The notes: generated by a model from the letters alone, not told the origin. 20,000 bases of DNA from an uncultured virus (IMG/VR IMGVR_UViG_3300023109_001853) (IMGVR_UViG_3300023109_001853); one strand, 5' to 3'. Counted from the first letter of the stretch, positions 8,056 to 16,405 are shown. Translations and numbers: made by a program.

Positions 8056-9174
8056 ATGACTAACTGGCAAGATTTTAAGTTTCAAGTACAATACATTGAA
8101 ACAGATAACCTAGCATTTGCACGTCGAGCATTTGCATCATTTAACGGTAAGGGCAAAAAACGCCAAAGTGCGTTTTCAAGATTGCGTAACGAAGTTCACG
8201 TAGTACGTATTGATAACGATACAACAGATGAACAAGATGTAGCAATCGAACGTAAAGTTTCTATTGTAGAAAAGCACGATTGCTATCCAGTAGAAGAAAA
8301 AAGTTCACTAGCACAATACCCCGGAACGTTTACTAACGTTTCAACATTCCGAACACTATCAGAAGCAGAACTAGAAGTTGCGTGTAACTGGCACAATACA
8401 TATTTCCATTATGTACCGTTACATGTTAGTTGCTTTTTTATGTTTAGAGACATTGTAAAAACATATGATGCTTACAAGAAAGACCTAACACCAAAATTGT
8501 TAGAAGAACTTGCGGCAATGGTGCAAGGCTTGTTTGGTGACTTACCGCAATACCAAGAAAGTGTAGCTGAAGCATATCGTAAGTATCACACAACAAAGTA
8601 CGGCTTCAAAGGTAGCTGGCATGATGATGCTTATGCTGTTGCACTACTACAATTGTACAAGCGACTAGGTGGTGAAGAATCTATTCCACTTACTTTGCTT
8701 GATCGTTTTGAAGACCTAGACACTTACTTTGATCCTGCAATTTTAAACATTGCTAACTTTAACTTTGAATACCAAGAAGTTCCACGCAGGCCAAACCCAA
8801 TGCGTAATCTAAATGAACTTAATGGTGGTAAACAAAGTGTTGTGAGCTTGCAAAATAGAATTGATACACTTGCTGACAGTCATAAGTGGAAGAAAGCCGT
8901 ACAACGCCTGCAAGAGTCGGATTGGACATTTGATATGTCTCGTTTACCAAAAGTTGAAATGGTTCGATTAGGAGATATCTTAATTGACGAAGATATTCAG
9001 CGTATCTTAGATGCTCCGCATTGTGCAGGCATTATTGATGGTAACAAATTTGACCCAGCACTACTACAGTGTCTACAATGTATTAAGAACTCCAATGGCG
9101 AGTTTATTAGCATTGATGGTCAGCATACTGCCAGTGTACTAGCAGGTCTAATTGTAGCAGGGTTGCTGGGCTAA
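8056..9174 (+). CDS. ParB/Srx-like DGQH-motif protein, apparently circularly permuted
   Basis: IDEDIQRILD and ISIDGQHT lie at the very C-terminus; ARRAFASFNGKGKK lies at the N-terminus. Confidence 0.7.
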   Translation: MTNWQDFKFQVQYIETDNLAFARRAFASFNGKGKKRQSAFSRLRNEVHVVRIDNDTTDEQDVAIERKVSIVEKHDCYPVEEKSSLAQYPGTFTNVSTFRTLSEAELEVACNWHNTYFHYVPLHVSCFFMFRDIVKTYDAYKKDLTPKLLEELAAMVQGLFGDLPQYQESVAEAYRKYHTTKYGFKGSWHDDAYAVALLQLYKRLGGEESIPLTLLDRFEDLDTYFDPAILNIANFNFEYQEVPRRPNPMRNLNELNGGKQSVVSLQNRIDTLADSHKWKKAVQRLQESDWTFDMSRLPKVEMVRLGDILIDEDIQRILDAPHCAGIIDGNKFDPALLQCLQCIKNSNGEFISIDGQHTASVLAGLIVAGLLG

Positions 9175-9524
9175 TGGAACAGTATTATTTTTATATAGTA
9201 CAAGGTGATAGAGCTGGCTTTGGTATTGCACAAGATATGAAGCACCGAAGTCAGCAATACTCAAGCCACAGTGGCAGGATAGTAAACTTTCCTTTTGTAT
9301 TTGCAGGGCATAGGCCACATGCAAAAGCACTTGAAAGAACTATTAAGACTGAGCTGTACGATGACATTTGGATGATAGAAGACTGGCGAACTGAATGGCT
9401 AAATGACAATATCACAATTGACATGTTAAAGGAAATAGTTGATAGGTTAATAGCAGAAAGACACTATAAAGTAGAGTGCATTGCTACTGATTACAACTTT
9501 ACAAAAGACTTGACAACTTCGTAG
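9174..9524 (+). CDS. GIY-YIG/T5orf172-like protein
   Basis: YFYIVQ..AGFGIAQDMKHR..QY...ALERTIK...TEWL; TAATG-coupled to the upstream gene. Confidence 0.6.
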   Translation: MEQYYFYIVQGDRAGFGIAQDMKHRSQQYSSHSGRIVNFPFVFAGHRPHAKALERTIKTELYDDIWMIEDWRTEWLNDNITIDMLKEIVDRLIAERHYKVECIATDYNFTKDLTTS

Positions 9525-9538
9525 TTTGAATGTATAAT
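9510..9538 (+). promoter_or_regulatory. Sigma70-type promoter (perfect consensus)
   Basis: TTGACA-N17-TATAAT. Confidence 0.85.
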
Positions 9539-9574
9539 AGTTATATTAATTAGGCAAACACACAGAGGCACACA

Positions 9575-10450
9575 ATGTCGGCAACAACAATTTATCAACC
9601 AATTGGCTGGGCAAATCAAATGAAAAAGACACTTCCAGATCCTAACACCCTTGATTGGGGTAGCATGAGCAAAGCAGAGTTCAAACGTAACGAACTTGCT
9701 TATGAGCTTGCACACGAAGACAACGCCCCTGTCACTCGCAAACCGCTTCCTCCTAAGACTGTAAAACTAGTAGACGCACTTGCTGTAGCATATGCAGCCT
9801 ATCGCATCAACAATAATACATATACCAAAGACACTCGCCGCTTTAGCTGTGACGAAAACAAGACACAGTTTGACAACAAGAGTCTTGTACGCTACTACTG
9901 GGAGAAGAAGCAAGACACTCGCGATGCACAATATCTTCCTACAGACTTTGAAATGTTTGAACCTACTGAAGCAGACTATGCTAGTGTACAAGAAGCAATC
10001 AAGTGGATGAAGCGTTATGTAATGCTTGGCTTGGGTGACTTAGACGGCTTCAAAGCAGACATGGTTAAAGAACTGTCGCAAGATGAAGTAGCTGTTAAGA
10101 GCATGGGTCGTATTGCTTATGCTCCAGAGTTTATTGCTCGAGACCGTCACGAAAGCGAATTGAAGAAAGAGATTCGTGTAGAGTATCGTGACAGCCAGCA
10201 TTTGGGTGCAGAGAAGGATAGTGTAGAAGCAGTGATTGCAATCCTTGACCAGCGTTACAGCGCACAGTGGGAGAGCTACAACTACACTGCGGTTACTACA
10301 GAAGGTAACTTAGTGAGCTTCATGAACAAGTTCGCATACGATGTAGGTGCTATGCTACGCTGTAAAGCTAAAGTAAAAGCACAAACTAAGAACAAGTTGT
10401 TCGAAGCAAACGAAACACGTCTCAACTACGTAAAACTATACAAGGTATAA
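9575..10450 (+). CDS. Conserved phage hypothetical protein, possible C-terminal OB-fold
   Basis: Long ORF with highly biased codons; beta-rich C-terminus (HLGAEKD...GNLVSF...KAKVK...TRLNYVK). Confidence 0.75.
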   Translation: MSATTIYQPIGWANQMKKTLPDPNTLDWGSMSKAEFKRNELAYELAHEDNAPVTRKPLPPKTVKLVDALAVAYAAYRINNNTYTKDTRRFSCDENKTQFDNKSLVRYYWEKKQDTRDAQYLPTDFEMFEPTEADYASVQEAIKWMKRYVMLGLGDLDGFKADMVKELSQDEVAVKSMGRIAYAPEFIARDRHESELKKEIRVEYRDSQHLGAEKDSVEAVIAILDQRYSAQWESYNYTAVTTEGNLVSFMNKFAYDVGAMLRCKAKVKAQTKNKLFEANETRLNYVKLYKV

Positions 10451-10453
10451 ATT

Positions 10454-10654
10454 ATGTCTACAGAAATGTTATTATGGTTACTTGGAGCATATGTAGCAGG
10501 TTCGGGTGCTACATATTATTTGTTCTTAAAAAAGAACTTCTTAGATGCAACAGAAGCAACAATTGATTCATTGATCGAAAATGGGTTTCTACGCACTAAA
10601 CGTGGTACAGATGGCGAAGTTGAAATTCTAAAATGGAATGACATCGATGAATGA
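10454..10654 (+). CDS. Small membrane protein
   Basis: N-terminal TM segment; TIDSLIENGFL. Confidence 0.65.
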   Translation: MSTEMLLWLLGAYVAGSGATYYLFLKKNFLDATEATIDSLIENGFLRTKRGTDGEVEILKWNDIDE

Positions 10655-10745
10655 AGAAGAGCATGAATTAGGTAAAGCAATTTTTGGAGTTACTGTGCTG
10701 AGTATGATTCCTATTTTTTGGATGATTTGTTTGTTATTCTCATGA
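10647..10745 (+). CDS. Small membrane peptide (32 aa, not in the ORF track)
   Basis: MNEEEHELGKAIFGVTVLSMIPIFWMICLLFS; fills the gap and overlaps the tilS start by ATGA. Confidence 0.55.
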   Translation: MNEEEHELGKAIFGVTVLSMIPIFWMICLLFS

Positions 10746-11347
10746 TTAAACTACAAGGCAAAGTTCCTCGCAAAGTCTATGTTGCATGCTCAGGTGGAGT
10801 TGACAGCATGGCTGCACTTGACTTTCTAAAACGCAAACACGATGTATTTGTACTGCATTTTAACCATGGCACAGATTATGGATTTAAAGCACTTGAGTTC
10901 GTGAGCAATTATTGTGCAGACAACGATATTGGATTCTTAACTAATGTTACAGGACAAGAGCGTGAAAAGCAAACAAGAGAAAGCCAAGAAGAATACTGGC
11001 GCAGTATTCGTTATGATTGGTTAGAGCGTTGCACTGAACGACAAATTGTTACTGCACATCATTTAGACGACTGTGTAGAAACTTGGGTATGGAGTAGCAT
11101 GCATGGTACAGGCAAAATTATCCCCTACAGTCGTAATGAAAGAGTACTTCGTCCATTCCGTAGTACACGTAAAAGAGATTTAGAATTGTGGGCTAATTTA
11201 AACAATGTACCTTATATTGAGGATGACAGTAATAAAGATACATGTTATACTCGTAACTATATTAGACATGAAATGATGCCCAATGTGTTACGAGTTAATC
11301 CGGGTATTCACAAAACTATCGCTAAGAAAGTAAAAGAAGATGTTTAA
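10742..11347 (+). CDS. tilS: tRNA(Ile)-lysidine synthetase (PP-loop domain only)
   Basis: VACSGGVDSM, HFNHG, AHHLDD.VET, RPF, DDSN...YTRNYIRH; probable start MIKLQ at 10742. Confidence 0.88.
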   Translation: MIKLQGKVPRKVYVACSGGVDSMAALDFLKRKHDVFVLHFNHGTDYGFKALEFVSNYCADNDIGFLTNVTGQEREKQTRESQEEYWRSIRYDWLERCTERQIVTAHHLDDCVETWVWSSMHGTGKIIPYSRNERVLRPFRSTRKRDLELWANLNNVPYIEDDSNKDTCYTRNYIRHEMMPNVLRVNPGIHKTIAKKVKEDV

Positions 11348-11969
11348 AAAAACAACTGTTGAATTAAAAAATTTATTTCCAACTTGTTTCTTAGAATTTG
11401 AGATTGATCCAAGACTAGCCGATCAAGTTGAAGATATTTTAATTCCTCAAATAAACAAAATGCCAACTGATCACACTGGCGAACTTCATACTGATTATTT
11501 TACTGACGAACGTATTAACATTAAAGTACTATGTCCTAAACTGTATAAAGAAATGGAAAAGGCAAAAGATCAATTTAGAACGTTAACTACTTTTAAAGCA
11601 ACAAATGAGTTCGATGCTTGGATACAAGATTACAGATCTGAAAAGGCGGTACATCCAAGACATCAACACGGAATTAGTGGTATTAGTGGAGTATACTACA
11701 TCAGAGCAAATGAAGGTGCAGGACCTTTAATTTTTCATAATCCTGATCAAGTATTAGATTATACTGCTGCTGATGATTGGTTTAATATGTATAGAAGTAC
11801 TATCTTTGAATATATGCCGGTTAAAGGCAAAATGATATTGTTTCCGTCGTATATACACCATGAAGTAATGCCTAGTCAGCCGGGTGCAATACGAACTACA
11901 ATTGCATTTAACTTTGTAAGTCCAGATCATAAAGATCCTGACAAAAAGTATATCGAGGTAACTGAATGA
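11340..11969 (+). CDS. Putative 2OG-Fe(II) oxygenase (TIGR02466-like)
   Basis: HPRHQH..ISGVYYI...LIFHNP...GKMILFPSYIHHEV...RTTIAFN. Confidence 0.85.
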   Translation: MFKKTTVELKNLFPTCFLEFEIDPRLADQVEDILIPQINKMPTDHTGELHTDYFTDERINIKVLCPKLYKEMEKAKDQFRTLTTFKATNEFDAWIQDYRSEKAVHPRHQHGISGISGVYYIRANEGAGPLIFHNPDQVLDYTAADDWFNMYRSTIFEYMPVKGKMILFPSYIHHEVMPSQPGAIRTTIAFNFVSPDHKDPDKKYIEVTE

Positions 11970-12418
11970 ATATACAACACGAGCCACTGTTTGACACAGC
12001 AGAAGTAGAAAAGATTTATAGTGAAAAAGACGGTGTAGAAGTAAAGTATGTTTGTACTACAGACTTGCGAGCAAGTGATGTACCTGTAGATGTATTTTAT
12101 CGTGCAACACCACATCCCGAGTTTGGCAATCACTACTTTGGTATCTACTATGATCATGTGCGCGGTTGTACAATGATTACAAATGCCGACGTAGTAGAAG
12201 AACTTGAGTTTGGTATGATAGAAGCTGACGGTAAATACTACTACAGTCAATCACACCACGACTACAAAGTTGTAGAAGGCAAAATGATTGACGGTGGAAG
12301 AGCGTATATTAGAAGTAGTGGCGGTGCTACAGTTATGCGTATTACCAACGGCAAGTTCTATGCCAAAGATGTTGAAGATTTAGTTGCACTAGGTAACAAA
12401 CACGAACAAGATTTTTAA
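11966..12418 (+). CDS. Hypothetical phage protein
   Basis: ATGA-coupled ORF; YSQSHHDY..MIDGGRAYIR. Confidence 0.75.
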   Translation: MNIQHEPLFDTAEVEKIYSEKDGVEVKYVCTTDLRASDVPVDVFYRATPHPEFGNHYFGIYYDHVRGCTMITNADVVEELEFGMIEADGKYYYSQSHHDYKVVEGKMIDGGRAYIRSSGGATVMRITNGKFYAKDVEDLVALGNKHEQDF

Positions 12419-12470
12419 TATCTAAGCAGAGACTGCCAACAATAACTGAACTATATAAAGGAGCAAGACT

Positions 12471-12683
12471 ATGAGTAAAAAGATTACTTTCGAAGAATCC
12501 TTAGGCGACAGTGACTGGGGGCTTATTATAGACAAGAATGGAAGATTAAAAGGTTTGTTTATTCCAGAAGGATCAGACGAAGATGATGTACCCGAAAGCA
12601 TTATTCAGGTATGTTGTACACAGTTTGGTATTAATCCTGACGAATTTTATGGATCTGATAATGAACACGCAACCCTTCATTGA
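12471..12683 (+). CDS. Hypothetical protein
   Basis: AAGGAG SD upstream. Confidence 0.7.
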   Translation: MSKKITFEESLGDSDWGLIIDKNGRLKGLFIPEGSDEDDVPESIIQVCCTQFGINPDEFYGSDNEHATLH

Positions 12684-12693
12684 TAAGATAAAA

Positions 12694-12936
12694 ATGACAC
12701 CTCAAGAAATTTTTGAGTACAAAAATACCTGGAAGCCGCAAGGCTTTCAGGTTGACATACATAGTGACTTGGATGTACAATGTAAGGACTGGTGTAGGAA
12801 AAACCTAAACCGTTGGGAGTGGAGCATGGACACATACACAGATGTGTATAGTCACAGTTTCTACTTTGAAGAAGAACAAGCCGCTGACAAATTTAAACGT
12901 AAGTTTGAAAAGTGGGTAGACAAAGGCAAAGGCTAA
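12694..12936 (+). CDS. Hypothetical protein; probable start MTPQE
   Basis: Non-overlapping start at 12694; W/F-rich pattern (WCRKN..W...FYFE..AA.KF). Confidence 0.65.
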   Translation: MTPQEIFEYKNTWKPQGFQVDIHSDLDVQCKDWCRKNLNRWEWSMDTYTDVYSHSFYFEEEQAADKFKRKFEKWVDKGKG

Positions 12937-13010
12937 TGAGTGACGATAAAGAAAAAGCACTACAAGCTTTGAGTGACAAGATTACTAAAATAAAGTTAGA
13001 TGACTTATGA
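12936..13010 (+). CDS. 24-aa ORF, possibly a truncated gene remnant
   Basis: MSDDKEKALQALSDKITKIKLDDL; TAATG-coupled upstream and ATGA-coupled downstream. Confidence 0.4.
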   Translation: MSDDKEKALQALSDKITKIKLDDL

Positions 13011-13897
13011 TTAGAGATATTTGGGTAATTGTATTTGATGATGACGAGGAAATTTTTCTTCTCAAAAAACAAATTCAAAGCCTCATTCTATACAAAAACA
13101 CATTGACATATAATATAATCATTAATTGTTCTAATGATATAGAAGTTAGAAAAAAATTTAAAAAACAAGGCATAACAGCCTTATTAGATACTGCTAAGTT
13201 TGAGTGTAATATTTTTAAAAGGTCAGATTTTTTAACTAACGATGACTGCACGACTCCACATACAAGAGACAATTACATTTGTCAGCAACTGTTAAAATTA
13301 CAAATATACAAACGTTCACGTTCTAAAGAACATTTAGTTCTAGACAGTAAAGTAATACTACTAAACTCTAGAATTTTAAATGTAAATGAACCTAATAGAG
13401 ATATTTCATACCCTATAAATTTTTACGGTTGTTATGACTATTTTATTACCGAGTGGCACAACGGCAGTATTATACCTGTAAAAGGTACAGCTACTCCGTT
13501 TTTGTTTAAAAGAGATGTGCTAGAATCATTAGAACAATATTTTAGCAGCAAAAACCAATATTTCGAAACACTAAAGAAAGTGTTTTATGTTAAATCAAAA
13601 AAGGTAGAAAAAATTGCAATTGCTAAAAATCCAAATTTTAAAAATAGCCCAGATTGTTTGAGTGAATTTTTAATTTATAGTCTTTTTGAAAAAAAAATTA
13701 ATAGTGACAATATAACTGTGCCAAAGAAAAAAAATATAATTCAGCGGGCTGATCAAATCAATGATCAGTTGTACTCAAAAAACTTTTTAAAAAAATGTGA
13801 TGTATTATTGTTCCATAGAAAATTCGTTAAGGAAATAGGTATTAAAAAAGCAGAGCTTATTATAAATTATTATTTAGAAAAGAGGGAAAATTCATGA
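13007..13897 (+). CDS. AT-rich glycosyltransferase-like protein (DUF6492-like)
   Basis: YICQQLLKL...LVLDSK, TPFLF and SEFLIY motifs; visibly more AT-rich than neighbouring genes. Confidence 0.55.
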   Translation: MIRDIWVIVFDDDEEIFLLKKQIQSLILYKNTLTYNIIINCSNDIEVRKKFKKQGITALLDTAKFECNIFKRSDFLTNDDCTTPHTRDNYICQQLLKLQIYKRSRSKEHLVLDSKVILLNSRILNVNEPNRDISYPINFYGCYDYFITEWHNGSIIPVKGTATPFLFKRDVLESLEQYFSSKNQYFETLKKVFYVKSKKVEKIAIAKNPNFKNSPDCLSEFLIYSLFEKKINSDNITVPKKKNIIQRADQINDQLYSKNFLKKCDVLLFHRKFVKEIGIKKAELIINYYLEKRENS

Positions 13898-14283
13898 AAG
13901 TTGGATTGAGCCTAAGTCGTTGTATGCGGGATGTGTATACAAGTAAAGTAGATGAAGAAGATGTACTAGTAATTATTGCTCGTACAGACTTTGACCCACA
14001 CAATGACAATCATTGGAACGCTATCTGGGACGGTTATATCCATGGTGGTTTGGCCTTCGGACCGAACGCTGAATGGGCAGACTTTAAAGACGAATACGAT
14101 GACTTTAGGCGTATGGCTATCAGACTGTATGACAACGGTAAGATTCATCAACCACGACAGTTTGGTGCACATCCTAGTCGCATGCCTTACTACTGGTTGG
14201 ACTGCGTTGTACCGCAAGACGAAATGAATCCTGCACAACAGAAAGCGTGGGATAACTATCAACTTATAACGGATCTAGCATGA
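13894..14283 (+). CDS. Hypothetical phage protein
   Basis: ATGA-coupled ORF (MKVGLSLSRC...GKIHQPR). Confidence 0.75.
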   Translation: MKVGLSLSRCMRDVYTSKVDEEDVLVIIARTDFDPHNDNHWNAIWDGYIHGGLAFGPNAEWADFKDEYDDFRRMAIRLYDNGKIHQPRQFGAHPSRMPYYWLDCVVPQDEMNPAQQKAWDNYQLITDLA

Positions 14284-14471
14284 CATTACCAATTGAACGC
14301 ACAAACGCAGTATTAAATGTAGAACGATTCCTAATAGACTTGCGAGATCCTAAGAAGTATCCTCGTGTGCCACGAGCAGTTAGAGAAGAAGCAGGTAGAC
14401 TGTTAAAACACTATCCTTCCAAATACAATATGGCATATATTGCAGATAGTTTTGAAGAGGTAGATTACTAA
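14280..14471 (+). CDS. Hypothetical phage protein
   Basis: MTLPIER...PRVPRAVREEA..LLKHYP; coupled to both neighbours. Confidence 0.7.
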   Translation: MTLPIERTNAVLNVERFLIDLRDPKKYPRVPRAVREEAGRLLKHYPSKYNMAYIADSFEEVDY

Positions 14472-14659
14472 TGTATGCAGTAATGGTTTGTCTTGACGGT
14501 AAAGACGATTGGATATATATTACTAAACAAACAGAGAATTGTTGGGACTTACAGCCCGAACTGTTTGAAGACGCACATGAAGCAATGGAGTTTGCAAAAA
14601 CATTCCAACTCCCTGACAAACCAGAAAACGTAATGGTGGTAGATTATTATGAAGATTAA
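14471..14659 (+). CDS. Hypothetical protein
   Basis: TAATG-coupled ORF. Confidence 0.65.
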   Translation: MYAVMVCLDGKDDWIYITKQTENCWDLQPELFEDAHEAMEFAKTFQLPDKPENVMVVDYYED

Positions 14660-15263
14660 AATAAACAAATATCCTAGTAGATTGATCTGCAACATATACA
14701 GCAACCATATGAATAAAAAGTATGGTTATGTAGATTGGCCAAAAGAACAATCATACGAAGATCATGTACTAGAAGCGATTGACGACGGTATACAAAGTGT
14801 ATACAATGTGTTCAACTGGATTTGGTTTGATAGACGCACACAAAAGATTAAAGTGCGTATTGATAAGTGGGACACATGGAGTATGGATCACACCCTTGCT
14901 CATATTGTCTTGCCTATGCTAGTACAATTAAAACGTACCAAGCACGGCGCTCCATGTACTGATGATAAAGACGTACCAAAGGAATTGCGTAGTACTAGCG
15001 CACCTCCAAAAGAAAATGAGTATGACACTGATGACAATCATTTTAAGCGTTGGGATTGGATCCTAGACGAAATGATTTGGGCGTTCCATCAAAAGTGCCG
15101 TGATGATTGGGAAAGTGATTACTATGAATACAAAGATGATGATACTGAACGGTTTGGTTTGAAACTTGTATGGGAAGACCGAGAAGGCAGTAAAGCACAT
15201 CATCAACGTATGATAAACGGTTTTAAATTGTTTGGAAAATATTTTGAGAACCTCTGGGATTGA
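14649..15263 (+). CDS. Conserved phage hypothetical protein
   Basis: WDTWSMDHTLA...WDWILDEMIWAF...GFKLFGKYFENLWD. Confidence 0.8.
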   Translation: MKIKINKYPSRLICNIYSNHMNKKYGYVDWPKEQSYEDHVLEAIDDGIQSVYNVFNWIWFDRRTQKIKVRIDKWDTWSMDHTLAHIVLPMLVQLKRTKHGAPCTDDKDVPKELRSTSAPPKENEYDTDDNHFKRWDWILDEMIWAFHQKCRDDWESDYYEYKDDDTERFGLKLVWEDREGSKAHHQRMINGFKLFGKYFENLWD

Positions 15264-15264
15264 A

Positions 15265-15651
15265 ATGGAATTAAACGACACAACAACGCAAGAAGAATAC
15301 AAAGAAGCCTCATCTGAAAGTAGGGCTCGTAACCTTGCGATGGAGTTGTCAAAAGAACGCAAGCGACTAAAACAAGAACTGTCTGAATTACAAACAGAAG
15401 TAGAGGATCTTACGCCTACTACGCCCACCGGTACTCCAGATTGGTATGTAAAGTGGGCAGCGACTATCCTTGCTGTCGCAGGTGTGTTTATCATCAGCGC
15501 AGGATTTGGTAGTTACGGACAAGTTTTATACTTGCTATCCAGCATCTGTTGGGTATATGTAGGTATGGCATGGAGCGACAGAGCTATTATGATTGGCTCA
15601 AGTATTACAGGCACAGCAGTTGCTATGAATTTAGTAACATCATTTGTATAA
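15265..15651 (+). CDS. Membrane protein with N-terminal coiled coil and about 3 TM helices
   Basis: Probable start MELND at 15265; hydrophobic C-terminal half. Confidence 0.7.
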   Translation: MELNDTTTQEEYKEASSESRARNLAMELSKERKRLKQELSELQTEVEDLTPTTPTGTPDWYVKWAATILAVAGVFIISAGFGSYGQVLYLLSSICWVYVGMAWSDRAIMIGSSITGTAVAMNLVTSFV

Positions 15652-15664
15652 TCAGAATATATTT

Positions 15665-16101
15665 CTCAGGCACAACACTAGATAACTACTAAGCTAAGGC
15701 ACACTTCAGGCACATCAGAACTCCGTTTGATCGAGGCAGCTCGATCCGTCAAGAACCAGCCGAGGTAACGCTCGTCGCCGGTGGTGTGGCGTGTTCACCC
15801 CTTTGCGAAAGCAAACATCTCCTAAACACTATAACACTAGGAACGAGGTTATAGGTAGCGCAAGCTATGTCAGTGCAGGTAAGGAAAAGACTAGAGTCCT
15901 TGGAGATGCCCTTAAACACCTGCTTCCAATGTCTCGGCTGGATAAAACTCACATGAAGCTAGATTAGGTGGAACCTGTAAATAGGTTCCGTCTGACTGAA
16001 ACAATCTACATGAAACTAAATTAATTATAATCCATATACGAAGTATAATACGAGTCTTGTTAAAGACGAGTAGTTTCGTGTGAGCGAAACTTAGTATATG
16101 G
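15665..16101 (+). ncRNA. Unclassified highly structured non-coding element (candidate ncRNA); boundaries and strand approximate
   Basis: No credible ORF; multiple stems including 15756-15767/15930-15941, 15948-15961/16071-16084, GNRA hairpins at 15802-15815 and 15856-15867; G-U pairs and GNRA loops favour the + strand. Confidence 0.65.
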
Positions 16102-16130
16102 TTGACATTGTCTCTAAACTGTTGTATACT
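16102..16130 (+). promoter_or_regulatory. Sigma70-type promoter
   Basis: TTGACA-N17-TATACT. Confidence 0.8.
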
Positions 16131-16162
16131 ATATAGGTAATCAAAAATCACAAAGGTACTGT

Positions 16163-16405
16163 ATGACTGATATGTTTGAACCTGATGACGAAGCAATCCG
16201 TAATCTTGTAATGCTTGCTAAAGAAGGCGAAGCAATGGATCCTATAAATTGGGGAGACTTAAACATTACTAAGGACCAAGCGTACATAATGATGGCAACG
16301 CACGTTCTTGAAATGGAAAGAAATCACTTGACAGATGGCGCAATCATTGTTAAACTGTTAGTTGAGAACTTTGTATTAAACATGAAACTGTTAGGAAAGC
16401 AATGA
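16163..16405 (+). CDS. Hypothetical protein
   Basis: First ORF after the promoter; coupled to the next gene. Confidence 0.7.
   Translation: MTDMFEPDDEAIRNLVMLAKEGEAMDPINWGDLNITKDQAYIMMATHVLEMERNHLTDGAIIVKLLVENFVLNMKLLGKQ

Noticed and set aside
15875..15941. RNase P RNA or group I intron identity for the structured element (AAGGAAAAGACUAGAGUCC, CUCGGCU)
   Set aside because: Only superficial resemblance: no intact GAGGAAAGUCC P4 strand, no downstream UAGUC P7 partner and no interrupted gene
15749..16196. Minus-strand ORFs 15749..15952 and 15912..16196
   Set aside because: No SD, atypical composition, and overlap with the promoter and the 16163 gene; the structure explains the region better
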